64,000 bases of DNA from a virus. The notes beneath the pieces are model-generated. The model saw nothing but the letters and a program-made list of their open reading frames with translations, was not told the DNA's origin and did no database searches. The stretch lies in the IMG/VR virus record IMGVR_UViG_3300023049_000574, positions 81,522-145,521 of that record. One strand, 5' to 3'. Of the stretch, positions 41,308 through 52,058 are shown piece by piece; position 1 is the first letter of the stretch, and every line of letters begins with the position of its first letter. The position numbers and the translations under genes are program-made.

Positions 41308-41769
41308 TTAAAAAGTGAATTGGTCTAAACCACCACCTTTCTTAACTATATTATTTACTGTTTTAGTAGAGGCTATTATCTTTTCTAGATCAGTTATATC
41401 AACATCATTGTTCACTGTCAGTAAACCAAAAGGTTTTAATCCGTAACTTGGATTCACGACTTCTTGGATATTAAAAGTATACCCAAGTCTATTTTTATTA
41501 AAGATATAAACGATCTTTTCTAATAAGTTCATATCAATCTTCATTTCACTTTCAGGATAAAATATTCTAATAGTTTTACCTTCTTTAATTTCTTTTCCCT
41601 TTTCGTCAGTGCCAATGATTTTAACTTCTATCCTATATTTTTTATCTTCTTTACTAATGACTTCTAAATATCCTTCATTATCGTTATCAGATATAAAGTT
41701 ATAGTCCTTTAAGTATATTCTACCTAATTGGATTTTCTCAAATATTTTATAGCTAAGTAAATGCTTCAT
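41308..41769 (-). CDS. MKHLLSYKIFE-tagged hypothetical protein
   Basis: N-terminal tag; TAATATATA upstream. Confidence 0.5.
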   Translation of the reverse strand: MKHLLSYKIFEKIQLGRIYLKDYNFISDNDNEGYLEVISKEDKKYRIEVKIIGTDEKGKEIKEGKTIRIFYPESEMKIDMNLLEKIVYIFNKNRLGYTFNIQEVVNPSYGLKPFGLLTVNNDVDITDLEKIIASTKTVNNIVKKGGGLDQFTF

Positions 41770-41870
41770 AACGTATATATTATTTATTTAGATTTAGTAT
41801 TAAGTCAGTAGTAAGTAATTTACTATATTCGGCTATTTCTTCATCTGTTAGCTTATCCCTTACTCTTTTA

Positions 41871-42650
41871 TCACGTAATAAATTCTTCTTGTTTACTATT
41901 ATTCTCATTCATTTTCTTAATCATATCCTTAACAAGTGGTCTACCTTTAGCAAACTTTTTAACTTCCTCTTTAGATAAACTAGTATATACTCTTGGATCA
42001 TTAAGTAATAGATATACTACATCATCATGACCACCCCTTGCTGCGCTTCTAATAGCTCGGTTATACCTATCACTCGGATCAACTCTTTTGTCTTGAAGTA
42101 ATAATTTAACTATATCTAAATAACCATTTTCTGCTGCATCTAGTATAGTAATATTATTATTAGCACTCGGATCAACTCTTTTATCTTGAAGTAATAACTT
42201 AACAGTACTTAAACTTCTATTTTCTGCTGCTAACCTTAATGCATTATTATTATCAGCACTCGGATCAACTCTTACGTCTTCTAATAAGATTTGAAGTGCG
42301 TCTGTATATCCTCTTGCCGCAAACCACATTATAAGAGAATTATTATTATCACTTGGATCAACTCTATGGTCTTTTACTAAGGTTTTGAATATATCGTTAT
42401 GATAATTAATAGCCGCATATTTTATTGCCCTTTTATTATCAGCATTAGGATCAACTCTTTCGTCTTTAAGTAATTCTTTAACTATATCATAGTGTCCTAA
42501 TTGTGATGTTATTTTTAGAGCAACGTTCCCACTCTTACTAGGATCAACTTCTTTAATTAACTTTTTAACAGTTTTGATATCACCTTCGCTACAAGCATCA
42601 GTAAATAGAACATCTTTAGAAATAGATTCAAATAATTTAATATACTTCAT
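41871..42650 (-). CDS. Ankyrin-repeat protein with MKYIKLFE tag
   Basis: About six 34-aa repeats DPS..NN.AL..AA..G..DIVKLLL.D.RV; near the end IKKMNE. Confidence 0.9.
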   Translation of the reverse strand: MKYIKLFESISKDVLFTDACSEGDIKTVKKLIKEVDPSKSGNVALKITSQLGHYDIVKELLKDERVDPNADNKRAIKYAAINYHNDIFKTLVKDHRVDPSDNNNSLIMWFAARGYTDALQILLEDVRVDPSADNNNALRLAAENRSLSTVKLLLQDKRVDPSANNNITILDAAENGYLDIVKLLLQDKRVDPSDRYNRAIRSAARGGHDDVVYLLLNDPRVYTSLSKEEVKKFAKGRPLVKDMIKKMNENNSKQEEFIT

Positions 42651-42681
42651 TTATTATATATTAATTCTTATATTTGTATTT

Positions 42682-43185
42682 ATGAATTTGATAATGGGTA
42701 AAGGCATACTAAAGTTTGATCCACCGAACAAGACGAAAAAACATGACCGTCAAAGTTCTTGGAAAAAGACTGCTATGATCCACATCAATGATGATGTATG
42801 TGAATATTACAGATGGATAATTTCAAAAAGGTATCCTTATACCCAAGGAGTTAAAGGAGAAAATAATTGGATCAATTTACCTTTACGTGGATCTCATGTT
42901 ACTATTCTTAATGATAGAATAGAGGATATTAATGTTTGGAATAAGATGAAAGAAAAGTATGACAATACTGAAATGTTTTTTTTTTATAATTGGGATGGGT
43001 TAAGAAATAATGGAGAACATATTTATTTCAAAGTAGAATGCCCAATGGGACAAGAAGTAAGGAACTATGGTAATTTAGGAGATCCTTATTTTCCATACCA
43101 CATGACAATAGGGCTTGTACCCGAAGAAAGTGTAATTAAAAGTGAACACAATTTAAAGGTTCAGGACTATATGATAAACAGATAA
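42682..43185 (+). CDS. 2H-phosphoesterase-like protein
   Basis: Two HxT motifs, SHVTI and YHMTI; TATATTTG at 42669. Confidence 0.6.
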   Translation: MNLIMGKGILKFDPPNKTKKHDRQSSWKKTAMIHINDDVCEYYRWIISKRYPYTQGVKGENNWINLPLRGSHVTILNDRIEDINVWNKMKEKYDNTEMFFFYNWDGLRNNGEHIYFKVECPMGQEVRNYGNLGDPYFPYHMTIGLVPEESVIKSEHNLKVQDYMINR

Positions 43186-43425
43186 CTAAAATAACTAAAA
43201 TAAATATTATGAACAATTATGAATTGATGGTCATATTAATGACCCTAGAAGTATTAAACTTATTCGCATCATATGGGATGTCATTTTGGTTTGATAATGA
43301 AAAATTGTTGATTCCTTTTACTAATATTTGGGTGAGAAATCGATTAGTAAATAAAAGCAGGTTTCATAAAATGATTATACCAAACACAGTAATATGGTTA
43401 GGTATAATTATAATTATGTTGATAT

Positions 43426-45125
43426 ATGTCTGATATTTTAATAGACGATCTTCCCGAAGACATATATGGTGACCATATATGTGTGATCATACCTGAGGGA
43501 TATGAAGATTTTAAATTAGGAAGTTCATATAGACCTAATGGGATGGGTGGTATGTTTAAGAGAAAGGGATCAACTAAGTGGGAAACTTCTTGGGGAATAG
43601 ATATACCTGATGCTGAATATGCATATGGCTATAACATGAATGGTCACACTTGGGACGCAGTAACAGGAGCATCAACGGAAATAAATATTATGATACCATA
43701 TGAAGTCTTGATCAGACATTTTAAACACGTTAATGCCTTCACTTCTAATGAAGAAGTACAAGCCTTTATTAAAAGGGTTAATAGAGATATTAAAATCGAT
43801 GATATTTTAGATGAAAAATAACTGCTATATAATACCTTTTAGTAGAAGGAATTTAAATTTTGTGACTGATCATTTTTTAATAGGAGACATTATCAGTAAA
43901 GATGGTGTTTTATTAGTTTCTGAATTCATATTAATAGATTTAAACCTAATGTTATTTAGTTTTCTTAATGAAGAAGAAGCCGAAGGTCATAAGGAAGTTA
44001 GTCGCAATGAGATAATAACATTAGCTAGGGATTATAAAATAAATAACATTTTAGATAATGAGTAAGTATTATTTAATAGCAAATAAAAATGAAGTTGATT
44101 TTGTGTCTACTTATTTTAAGTTCACTTCTACTGAACATACCCACAAGTCTCTTGTAGGATATACTAATTATTTGTATATTAACACAGATACTATGACTTA
44201 TACATTCGAGGAATTGTTAGGTTTTAATGAAATGGCAGAACATAAATTGATCAACATTAAAGACCTTCGATATATAGCAAGAGATATTAAGATCGATAAA
44301 ATATTAGAAGATGTCTAAGTATTACTTTTTAAATTTATTTGGCTTAAGAAGTGAATTACTTGAACTTGGATTTAAGGAAGACGATAAGCGTATATTTCCT
44401 ATGGAAATGAATTACATGGCAGTAGATCTAAATAAAAAAACTTTCTTCGCTGAGGAATACGCAGAAGCGGTAATAAAAAGGTTAGACTATAAAGCAATAC
44501 CCGTGGAATATTTTATGAAGAAGTTAGTTGTGTTTCAAAGAGATAAGAAAATCGATAATATTTTAAACGATGAATAAATACGTAATTAAAATAAGTATGG
44601 AATCGACTACTTATCTAAAAGATTTGGGATTTTATTCAGAAGACGAAAAACACTTTAACAAATATTTTGAACACCTTAACAAATATTTTGAATACTTCTC
44701 AATAAACTTAGAAAAACAATCAGTTATATCTCATACATCACACGATTTGTTATACCAAGAAGTTAGGTTGATTTCCTTAGCAGAACTTAAAGCTATACTA
44801 AGAGATAAGAGAATTGATAATATATTAAATAATGAGTAAATATTCTTTAATATTATCACCCCCCTTTAATACTGATGATAGTATAGATCATATCGTTGGG
44901 TATATTATGGAAAACTTTGAGTATAGCGATACTATCCTCAACTATGATCAAATCAAATTTAAACTAAATATCGGTTTACTTATAAGAAGCGTGTGGGTGG
45001 ATACGGAAGAAATGACATGTGTAGTAGACTTGGAATTGGAAGAAGACGAAGATGATTATATAAATATATCCAAACTTAAATCAATATTAAGGGAAGAAAA
45101 AATTGATAACTTATTGAATGATTAG
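43426..45125 (+). other. Array of six overlapping small genes each ending in RDxKIDxIL
   Basis: 43426, 43811, 44058, 44311, 44570 and 44832 end RDIKIDDIL, RDYKINNIL, RDIKIDKIL, RDKKIDNIL, RDKRIDNIL, REEKIDNLL. Confidence 0.8.
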
Positions 45126-45140
45126 TATCTTTGTCCTATT

Positions 45141-46145
45141 ATGGGAGGCAATGCAATAAAAATAGCGGAAAGAGTACCGAAAGATAAATTCTTTGAATAT
45201 GCGAAGAAGATTATTCCTATGGTCGAAAAAGCATTTGATACTAAGGTATCAATGGTTAATAGTTTTAAAAACAAAACTGACTTTGGTGATTTAGATCTAT
45301 TAGTATTAGAGAATAAAAATATTTTGAATAGAAGAAAAGTTATTGAACAAACATTTGATCCACAAGAGATTAAAGTTAACTCTCATATCATCAGTTTTAA
45401 CCATAACGAATTACAAGTAGATTTAATTTTCACATCTAAGGAAGATTGGGGAACATCTAAGATCTTCTTCGAATGGGGTGATCTTGGGAACTTCATGGGC
45501 AAGCTAATTAATAACTATGGAGATTTAGCTGACCACGGATACTTATTGAAATACGGATTCGATGGACTAAAGTGTAAGATCTTAGAACAAGGTAAAACCA
45601 AATTAGTCTTTATCTCTAAAGATAATAAAGAAGTATTCAAATTCTTAGGATTAGACTTCAATAAGTGGGAAGAAGGTTTTAATGATAAACTAGATATGTT
45701 TGATTACGTCATCACCTCTCCTATGTTTGACTATCCTGCTTTCCAATGGGAAAACTTAAACAGTATTAACAAGGATCGCAATAAAAGACGACCTGCTTAT
45801 ATCGAGTTCTTAGAATATATTAAGGATCATAAGAAAGTAATTCCTTGGAATAACCATCCAAAAGAATATTTAGATATTATTAAAAATTTCTTTAGTGTTG
45901 ATCTTTTAGAAGAAAGAAAGAATTTTACCAAAGATATTGTTATTAAAAATATTATCAAAGATAAGTTTAATGGTACTATTATTAAGGAACTGATTCCTTA
46001 TCTAGACGGAAAGGAACTAGGTAAGTTTATAGATAGTTATAAAAAATCAAAGGAAAATTTTGATCAATATGTATATGAAACTGATAGAGTATATGTAGCA
46101 CAAAATATTCTTGATTTTTGGCACACTATATATACTACCAAATAG
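45141..46145 (+). CDS. Pol-beta-like nucleotidyltransferase
   Basis: K.DFGDLDLLV...QVDLI. Confidence 0.65.
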   Translation: MGGNAIKIAERVPKDKFFEYAKKIIPMVEKAFDTKVSMVNSFKNKTDFGDLDLLVLENKNILNRRKVIEQTFDPQEIKVNSHIISFNHNELQVDLIFTSKEDWGTSKIFFEWGDLGNFMGKLINNYGDLADHGYLLKYGFDGLKCKILEQGKTKLVFISKDNKEVFKFLGLDFNKWEEGFNDKLDMFDYVITSPMFDYPAFQWENLNSINKDRNKRRPAYIEFLEYIKDHKKVIPWNNHPKEYLDIIKNFFSVDLLEERKNFTKDIVIKNIIKDKFNGTIIKELIPYLDGKELGKFIDSYKKSKENFDQYVYETDRVYVAQNILDFWHTIYTTK

Positions 46146-46863
46146 TTTTAAGCATTTCGGGACTTATCTTAACTATACCATTATCACCTTTTAGGACATA
46201 AACACCAAGAGAAGTAAATTCATTTACGATGTTATTTACTTTCTCGATCTCTTTTTTGTCTAGATCTTTTAAACTTTCTATTAAGTTAATCATTTCTTCA
46301 TATCTTAATTCTATTCTATTCCCTAAAAAGTAAATTAGATTAAAGTTAGCGTCTTGGTACTTTTCTATTTCACCTCTTATAGATAATTCATGTGAAAAGT
46401 GATTAAGGCTAGTTTCTACACCAATAGAAGGCATAGAAAATCTCCAACCATCAAAAACAAATTCTCTTGTCTGATGATCATAATTATCTAAGAAACTAAC
46501 GAAATCGAAATGTATAAAGTTATGTTTATCGAACTCTACTTCTTTAAAGATTACATCATCTTCCTTGGTGAACTTTACGAATTCTACAAATAAATAAAAC
46601 ACATCTACTGCTCTAAGTGCATTAAATCTAAAACCTTTTAGGTTAAATTTTATATACTTTCTTAGTATAGTTATTATGGTGCTAATTATTCCGAAGATGT
46701 TTGAGTTACTTAAAGATTTATTGAAAAACTCTCGATCCTTATCAGAACCTTTGGATATTGTTATCCTTAGACCCCTATCATAGAAATACCCCTGAGTGGG
46801 GAGGTCGGTGATATAGATTTCTTTAGAATCTTTAGTAAAAATTTTCTTAAAAAAATTGATCAT
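46135..46863 (-). CDS. Possible baseplate hub assembly protein (T4 gp26-like)
   Basis: LPTQG..Y and L..VDVFYLF pattern; TAATATATA upstream. Confidence 0.35.
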   Translation of the reverse strand: MINFFKKIFTKDSKEIYITDLPTQGYFYDRGLRITISKGSDKDREFFNKSLSNSNIFGIISTIITILRKYIKFNLKGFRFNALRAVDVFYLFVEFVKFTKEDDVIFKEVEFDKHNFIHFDFVSFLDNYDHQTREFVFDGWRFSMPSIGVETSLNHFSHELSIRGEIEKYQDANFNLIYFLGNRIELRYEEMINLIESLKDLDKKEIEKVNNIVNEFTSLGVYVLKGDNGIVKISPEMLKTIW

Positions 46864-46928
46864 ATAAACTATATATTAAAGAAAACATTTATCGTTTTTT
46901 TAATATAAGGTAAAAATAACAGTTACTT

Positions 46929-47648
46929 ATGAGTAAGATATCGAAGCACCAAAAAGAGGGTAAACATAGTTTGACCTATGATATCATCTTTAAGGGAAAG
47001 AAAGAAAAATTAACAGAGGAAGACGATGTACAAATAACTGATTATCAAGAAACATTTCAATATGATCCAGGATCGAGAGTATATGATGAAGCATATAATA
47101 ACGATGACTTCGAAAGAAGAAAGAGGGTTACTGATAAAGTATATGCGATAATTAGAGATAAGACAGACGTAAACTTAGATGCTAATAGAAGAAAACCATC
47201 TAAGAAAGATTTCAATGAATACTTTGTTATATTAAAAAAGGAATTAGAAGGTGAAAAGTTCACTAATGTAGAATTGTTCAATGAACTTGCTGTTTATTTT
47301 TCTGATAACCTTTTCACTATATTTAAATTATTAGACAATAAGTGGAGAAATAAAATCATTGAAGAATTACAAGAACATATTGGCAATGCTCCAAAAAGTT
47401 CCACAGAAGTTTCTGTTAGGAATTTAACAGAAGGTAGTGAGATCGAATTTCTCTACTACGATGATGTAGAGGATGAGGAAAAATTAATCACAGGTGTTGT
47501 ATTGGAATATAATAAAGAAGAGGAACATTTTAAGGTAGATAGTTTCGAAAATATTTATTTAGTTGAATTAGCGGCTATTAATAAAATCTTAAACAACAGA
47601 AAATTCAAACACAATCTAAGTAAGTTGATTAACATCGACTTTTTATAG
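46929..47648 (+). CDS. Hypothetical protein
   Basis: 239-aa ORF. Confidence 0.5.
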   Translation: MSKISKHQKEGKHSLTYDIIFKGKKEKLTEEDDVQITDYQETFQYDPGSRVYDEAYNNDDFERRKRVTDKVYAIIRDKTDVNLDANRRKPSKKDFNEYFVILKKELEGEKFTNVELFNELAVYFSDNLFTIFKLLDNKWRNKIIEELQEHIGNAPKSSTEVSVRNLTEGSEIEFLYYDDVEDEEKLITGVVLEYNKEEEHFKVDSFENIYLVELAAINKILNNRKFKHNLSKLINIDFL

Positions 47649-47752
47649 TAGTAAAAGTTTTTTCCCGTTTTTTAATTTCAGTAAATTTTTTTCTGATAAA
47701 AAAACTAGATATATAATAGTACCTAAAAATAAAAAAAATAATAATAATTAAC

Positions 47753-50350
47753 ATGGAAGATACTTTAAACGAAAGAAAAAGAAAAGAAAACGAGATGAAA
47801 AAAGAATTAACAATTTTTACAATAGAAGAAATTATGGAATCAAGTATTGATTACTTCGATGGTGATCAATTAGCAGCACAGGTTTGGAAAAACAAATATG
47901 CATTAAAAGATTCAGATGGAAACATTTATGAGAAAAATCCTGATATGATGCATGATAGAATTGCATCTGAGATATACAGAATGGAACAGAAGTATGATAA
48001 CCCAATGGAGTTAGAACAAATAAAAGGGCTTATCAAAGATTTTAAATATATTATACCACAAGGTTCACCAATGAGTGGAATTGGTAACAATTTTCAAAAA
48101 GTATCATTATCAAACTGTTTTGTGATCGGTGATGATGGAAAGGATTCTGATTCGTATGGTTACATTATGAAGACTGACGAAGAACAAGTTCAGTTAATGA
48201 AAAGACGTGGTGGTGTTGGACATGATTTATCTAACATTCGACCAAAAGGAAGTGCTGTTAAGAACTCAGCTTTAACTTCAACAGGTGTTGTTCCATTTAT
48301 GGAAAGATATTCAAACTCTACAAGAGAAGTAGCACAGGACGGTAGACGTGGTGCATTAATGTTGAGTATATCTTCTAAGCATCCTGATTCGGAAGCATTT
48401 ATCGATGCTAAATTAGATGGCACTAGAGTAACAGGTGCTAACATTTCAATTAAAGTACATGATGACTTTATGAAGGCTGCAACTAAAGGAACACCTTATA
48501 CACAACAGTATCCAATTTATTCGGATAATCCAAAAGTAACTAAGGAAGTTGATGCACAAGCTATTTGGAAAAAGGTAATTCATAATGCTTGGAAATCAGC
48601 AGAACCTGGGGTATTGTTTTGGGATAAAATTATATCAGAATCACTAGCAGATTGCTACGCAGACTTAGGGTATGAAACAGTATCTACTAATCCATGTGGT
48701 GAGATACCTTTATGTCCTGACGATAGTTGTAGACTATTAGCAATCAACCTATATTCATATGTAGAAAATCCTTATACCGATAAAGCAAAATTTAACTTTG
48801 GGTTATTTAAGGAACATGCTAAATATGCAACAAGAATGATGGATGATATCGTGGATCTTGAAGTAGAAAAGATTGATGGTATTTTAGAAAAGATCCAAAG
48901 TGATCCTGAGAAAGATACTACTAAGAGAACTGAGTATGAGCTTTGGAAAAGAATCCAAAAGAAATGTCAAGAAGGTAGAAGAACAGGTATTGGTATTACT
49001 GCAGAAGGAGATATGTTAGCCGCATTAGGACTTACATATGGCACTAAGAAAGCAACTAGTTTTGCAACTAAAGTACATAAGACTTATGCTATCGAAGTAT
49101 TCAGATCTTCTAACCAATTGGCACAAGAAAGAGGAAGTTTCAAAATTTGGGATGCTAAGAGAGAACAAGATAACCCAATCTTAAATAGAATTAAAAAAGA
49201 AGATCCTGAGTTATACGAAAACTTAATGAAGTATGGTAGAAGAAATATTGCTCTTTTAACTATTGCACCAACAGGATCTGTTAGTATTATGACACAAACT
49301 AGTTCGGGGATTGAGCCTGCGTTTATGGTAGCCTATAAAAGAAGAAGAAAGATCAACCCAAATGATAAAGATGCTAGAACAGACTTTATCGATGAGGTAG
49401 GTGATCATTGGGAAGAATATAATGTATTCCACCACGGCTTTGAGAGATGGATCAAAGCAACAGGTCATAAATTCCTTACTAAGAAGGAGAAGGAAACGAG
49501 ATTAGAAAATCTTCCTGATGAAACTATTGATAAATTAACTAAGAAGTCTCCTTATTATAAAGCGATGGCTAATGATGTTGATTGGGTAGAAAAAGTGAGA
49601 ATGCAAGGTAAGATTCAAGAATGGATAGACCACTCTATTTCAGTAACGGTTAATTTACCTGAGCATGTATCAGAAGAATTAGTGAATGATGTATATGTTA
49701 CGGCTTGGAAAGAAGGTTGTAAAGGATGTACTATCTATCGTGACGGATCTCGATCAGGTGTATTAATTAACAAAGAAGAAAAGGAAAAACAAGCTTTGTT
49801 CGAAGACGTTAATGCTCCAAAAAGACCTAAGACCTTAGATTGCTCAGTAATGACTTTCCAAAATAAAGGAGAGAAATGGATTGGTTTCTTAGGTTTATTA
49901 GACGGAAGACCATATGAGATCTTCACAGGCGCACACGATAATTTCCCAATTCCAAGTTATGTAGAAGAAGGAAAAATCGAGAAAGTTAAAGTGAACGGAA
50001 ATGGATCTAATTACAACTTCATCTATAAAGATAAAACAGGAACAGAAATCACTATTCCTAATCTAAATCACGCATTTGAGGAAGACTATTATGATTTAGC
50101 TAAGACCTTCTCAGCTATATTAAGACATGGTATGCCACTTACTTATGTAGTAGAATTAATCGATGGTCTAAACTTAGACGGAGATTTGATAACTACATGG
50201 AAATCAGGTGTTAAACGAATGATCAAAAAGTTCATCAAAGATGAAACTAAAGTATCAGGGAAAACATGTAAAGAATGTGGATCAGAATCGTTGGAATATA
50301 AAGAGGGCTGCCTTACGTGCCTGAATTGTGGAAATTCAAAATGTGGATAA
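47753..50350 (+). CDS. nrdJ: Class II (adenosylcobalamin-dependent) ribonucleotide reductase
   Basis: SNCFV, GGVG, RRGALM, TNPCGEIPL, TIAPTGS, YRDGSR, C-terminal CxxC...CxxCG.SKC; no NrdB nearby. Confidence 0.93.
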   Translation: MEDTLNERKRKENEMKKELTIFTIEEIMESSIDYFDGDQLAAQVWKNKYALKDSDGNIYEKNPDMMHDRIASEIYRMEQKYDNPMELEQIKGLIKDFKYIIPQGSPMSGIGNNFQKVSLSNCFVIGDDGKDSDSYGYIMKTDEEQVQLMKRRGGVGHDLSNIRPKGSAVKNSALTSTGVVPFMERYSNSTREVAQDGRRGALMLSISSKHPDSEAFIDAKLDGTRVTGANISIKVHDDFMKAATKGTPYTQQYPIYSDNPKVTKEVDAQAIWKKVIHNAWKSAEPGVLFWDKIISESLADCYADLGYETVSTNPCGEIPLCPDDSCRLLAINLYSYVENPYTDKAKFNFGLFKEHAKYATRMMDDIVDLEVEKIDGILEKIQSDPEKDTTKRTEYELWKRIQKKCQEGRRTGIGITAEGDMLAALGLTYGTKKATSFATKVHKTYAIEVFRSSNQLAQERGSFKIWDAKREQDNPILNRIKKEDPELYENLMKYGRRNIALLTIAPTGSVSIMTQTSSGIEPAFMVAYKRRRKINPNDKDARTDFIDEVGDHWEEYNVFHHGFERWIKATGHKFLTKKEKETRLENLPDETIDKLTKKSPYYKAMANDVDWVEKVRMQGKIQEWIDHSISVTVNLPEHVSEELVNDVYVTAWKEGCKGCTIYRDGSRSGVLINKEEKEKQALFEDVNAPKRPKTLDCSVMTFQNKGEKWIGFLGLLDGRPYEIFTGAHDNFPIPSYVEEGKIEKVKVNGNGSNYNFIYKDKTGTEITIPNLNHAFEEDYYDLAKTFSAILRHGMPLTYVVELIDGLNLDGDLITTWKSGVKRMIKKFIKDETKVSGKTCKECGSESLEYKEGCLTCLNCGNSKCG

Positions 50351-50351
50351 C

Positions 50352-50380
50352 AAAAAAGCCCCTTAATTGGGGCTTTTTTT
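50352..50380. terminator. Bidirectional intrinsic terminator
   Basis: AAAAAAGCCCC-TTAATT-GGGGCTTTTTTT between convergent genes. Confidence 0.9.
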
Positions 50381-50795
50381 ATGTGTAAAAATAACTAACC
50401 GTAATAGGTAAATCGAATTCGGATATCTCATTGGCTACCCAAGGGGCTATTTCACCTAATTCTACTTTATCTGATTTAACTTTAATGACTGTTTGTTCGG
50501 GGTGGAAATAGATATAAACATCTTCTGTATCAACATTTACTGTACCCCATCTATCTATCACAAAATCTAGACTTAGTTTATTACATATCTTTATACACCC
50601 ATCATTAAATATATTTTTATGTTCTATATTTCTATATCCTTCTCCTTGGAAATATATTCCATTAATACTTATGTGAGCCTTTTTTGCATCTTTAGGATCT
50701 AATGTAATACCACCCCCATGAGGTCTTTGTTCAGCAGCCTCATTCATCTTAGTAGATACTTTGTTTATAACATCTTTATTTTTAATATACTTCAT
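50379..50795 (-). CDS. MKYIK-tagged hypothetical protein
   Basis: MKYIKNK...STKMNEA. Confidence 0.5.
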   Translation of the reverse strand: MKYIKNKDVINKVSTKMNEAAEQRPHGGGITLDPKDAKKAHISINGIYFQGEGYRNIEHKNIFNDGCIKICNKLSLDFVIDRWGTVNVDTEDVYIYFHPEQTVIKVKSDKVELGEIAPWVANEISEFDLPITVSYFYT

Positions 50796-50835
50796 TTCTC
50801 TTGTTTATTTTCATATTATATATTATATTTGTAGT

Positions 50836-51342
50836 ATGATAAATTGGGAGAATGGAGTAGAATCCGCAGAAGATAAAGAGCTAAAACAATTAGCTAGAGA
50901 TATATATGATAATAAGGTATTGACTGATCGACATTTAAGTGAACACGATCAACATTTGTTACCTGTGATATTTATGCCCATGGGAGGGCTGATGGGACCG
51001 CAACCGCCTGATGAACCAAATCCACCTAATGATAAGCCCGAAACTTTATTAGACAATAGAGAAAATAAACTATATGAATTAGTCGATAGAGAGAAGAAAG
51101 AAGAAGAGTATGAAAAGGATATGAAAGTTTATGAAAAGGAACTAAAAGATTATCAAGAAAAATATATCCCTACTATTGGTCTAATATATGAATATTTAGA
51201 TACCGAACAAGGATCAAGAGGCATCAATGGTTATCCTTCTTTCTTTTCGATGCGAATGTTTAATAAAGAAGACACTGTTAAAATGTTTGATTATTTAGAA
51301 AAATACAGAGAGAAAAGGAAAGTATTGGATATAGACTTTTAA
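50836..51342 (+). CDS. Hypothetical protein
   Basis: Likely start MINWENG; TATATTTG at 50824. Confidence 0.5.
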   Translation: MINWENGVESAEDKELKQLARDIYDNKVLTDRHLSEHDQHLLPVIFMPMGGLMGPQPPDEPNPPNDKPETLLDNRENKLYELVDREKKEEEYEKDMKVYEKELKDYQEKYIPTIGLIYEYLDTEQGSRGINGYPSFFSMRMFNKEDTVKMFDYLEKYREKRKVLDIDF

Positions 51343-52058
51343 TCTAAGTCGAAAGCTACTAGTTCACCTTCATTGTTTATCCCAAATTGACCTTCGAATA
51401 CATCAGACCAATTCGGAAACAATTTGCTAACACTAATCAAAACTTCGATCAATTCTTTAGTAAAATCAGTATAATAGCCTCTTTTTTTGAGTAGATCGAT
51501 CAATTTTAAGTAGTTTTTCTTAACAAACTCAAACAGAAGCGTAAGGGTATTAACCTTGCCTTCTCGCTCAACTAAACGCTTATATATCTCATGGAAGTCT
51601 TCGGGTAGTTCCTTTACTTGATCCAAAGAGAATAATACATTATAAATATTTTGTTCTTCGTGTTGTATCTTCTCTCTGATATCAGTATTTAGTTTTTCCA
51701 TTATAATATAACCTACACTATCAGCCTTTAATAGACCCACACTGTTCTTCAGTAATTCTTCTAGTTCACCGAATTTAACCACACCACTAAGCTTATCTCT
51801 TGTTTCGATACTTGTGAATAGTTTACCATCCTTAACTAGTTCCTTTGGTGGCTCAAATGTTCCTGTTTCATATATTTTACCAATACGATCATAATCTTTA
51901 TTAACTATTTTGTTGAGGTTATGGATGTTACTAACATTGGTTATCTTAATTACTTTATCATCACCAAATAGATATACTAATGATTCTCTGCCGTAGCCGA
52001 TCTTCTGTCCTACTGCATTATCAAATTTATTGTTTAAGAATTCAATTAATTTTTCCAT
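51339..52058 (-). CDS. Protein-kinase-like fold protein (divergent)
   Basis: IGYGRESLVY, KVIKI, YIIMEKL, D....Q, LVAFD. Confidence 0.55.
   Translation of the reverse strand: MEKLIEFLNNKFDNAVGQKIGYGRESLVYLFGDDKVIKITNVSNIHNLNKIVNKDYDRIGKIYETGTFEPPKELVKDGKLFTSIETRDKLSGVVKFGELEELLKNSVGLLKADSVGYIIMEKLNTDIREKIQHEEQNIYNVLFSLDQVKELPEDFHEIYKRLVEREGKVNTLTLLFEFVKKNYLKLIDLLKKRGYYTDFTKELIEVLISVSKLFPNWSDVFEGQFGINNEGELVAFDLD

Noticed and set aside
41871-42650. Eukaryotic giant-virus origin suggested by ankyrin repeats
   Set aside because: Bacterial promoters, intrinsic terminators, lysozyme, S1 and MarC point to a bacteriophage
44648-44693. 21-nt tandem duplication (HFNKYFE/HLNKYFE)
   Set aside because: Two copies, in frame; ordinary slippage
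47753-50350. Intron or intein in nrdJ
   Set aside because: Continuous ORF of ordinary length with no splicing motifs seen
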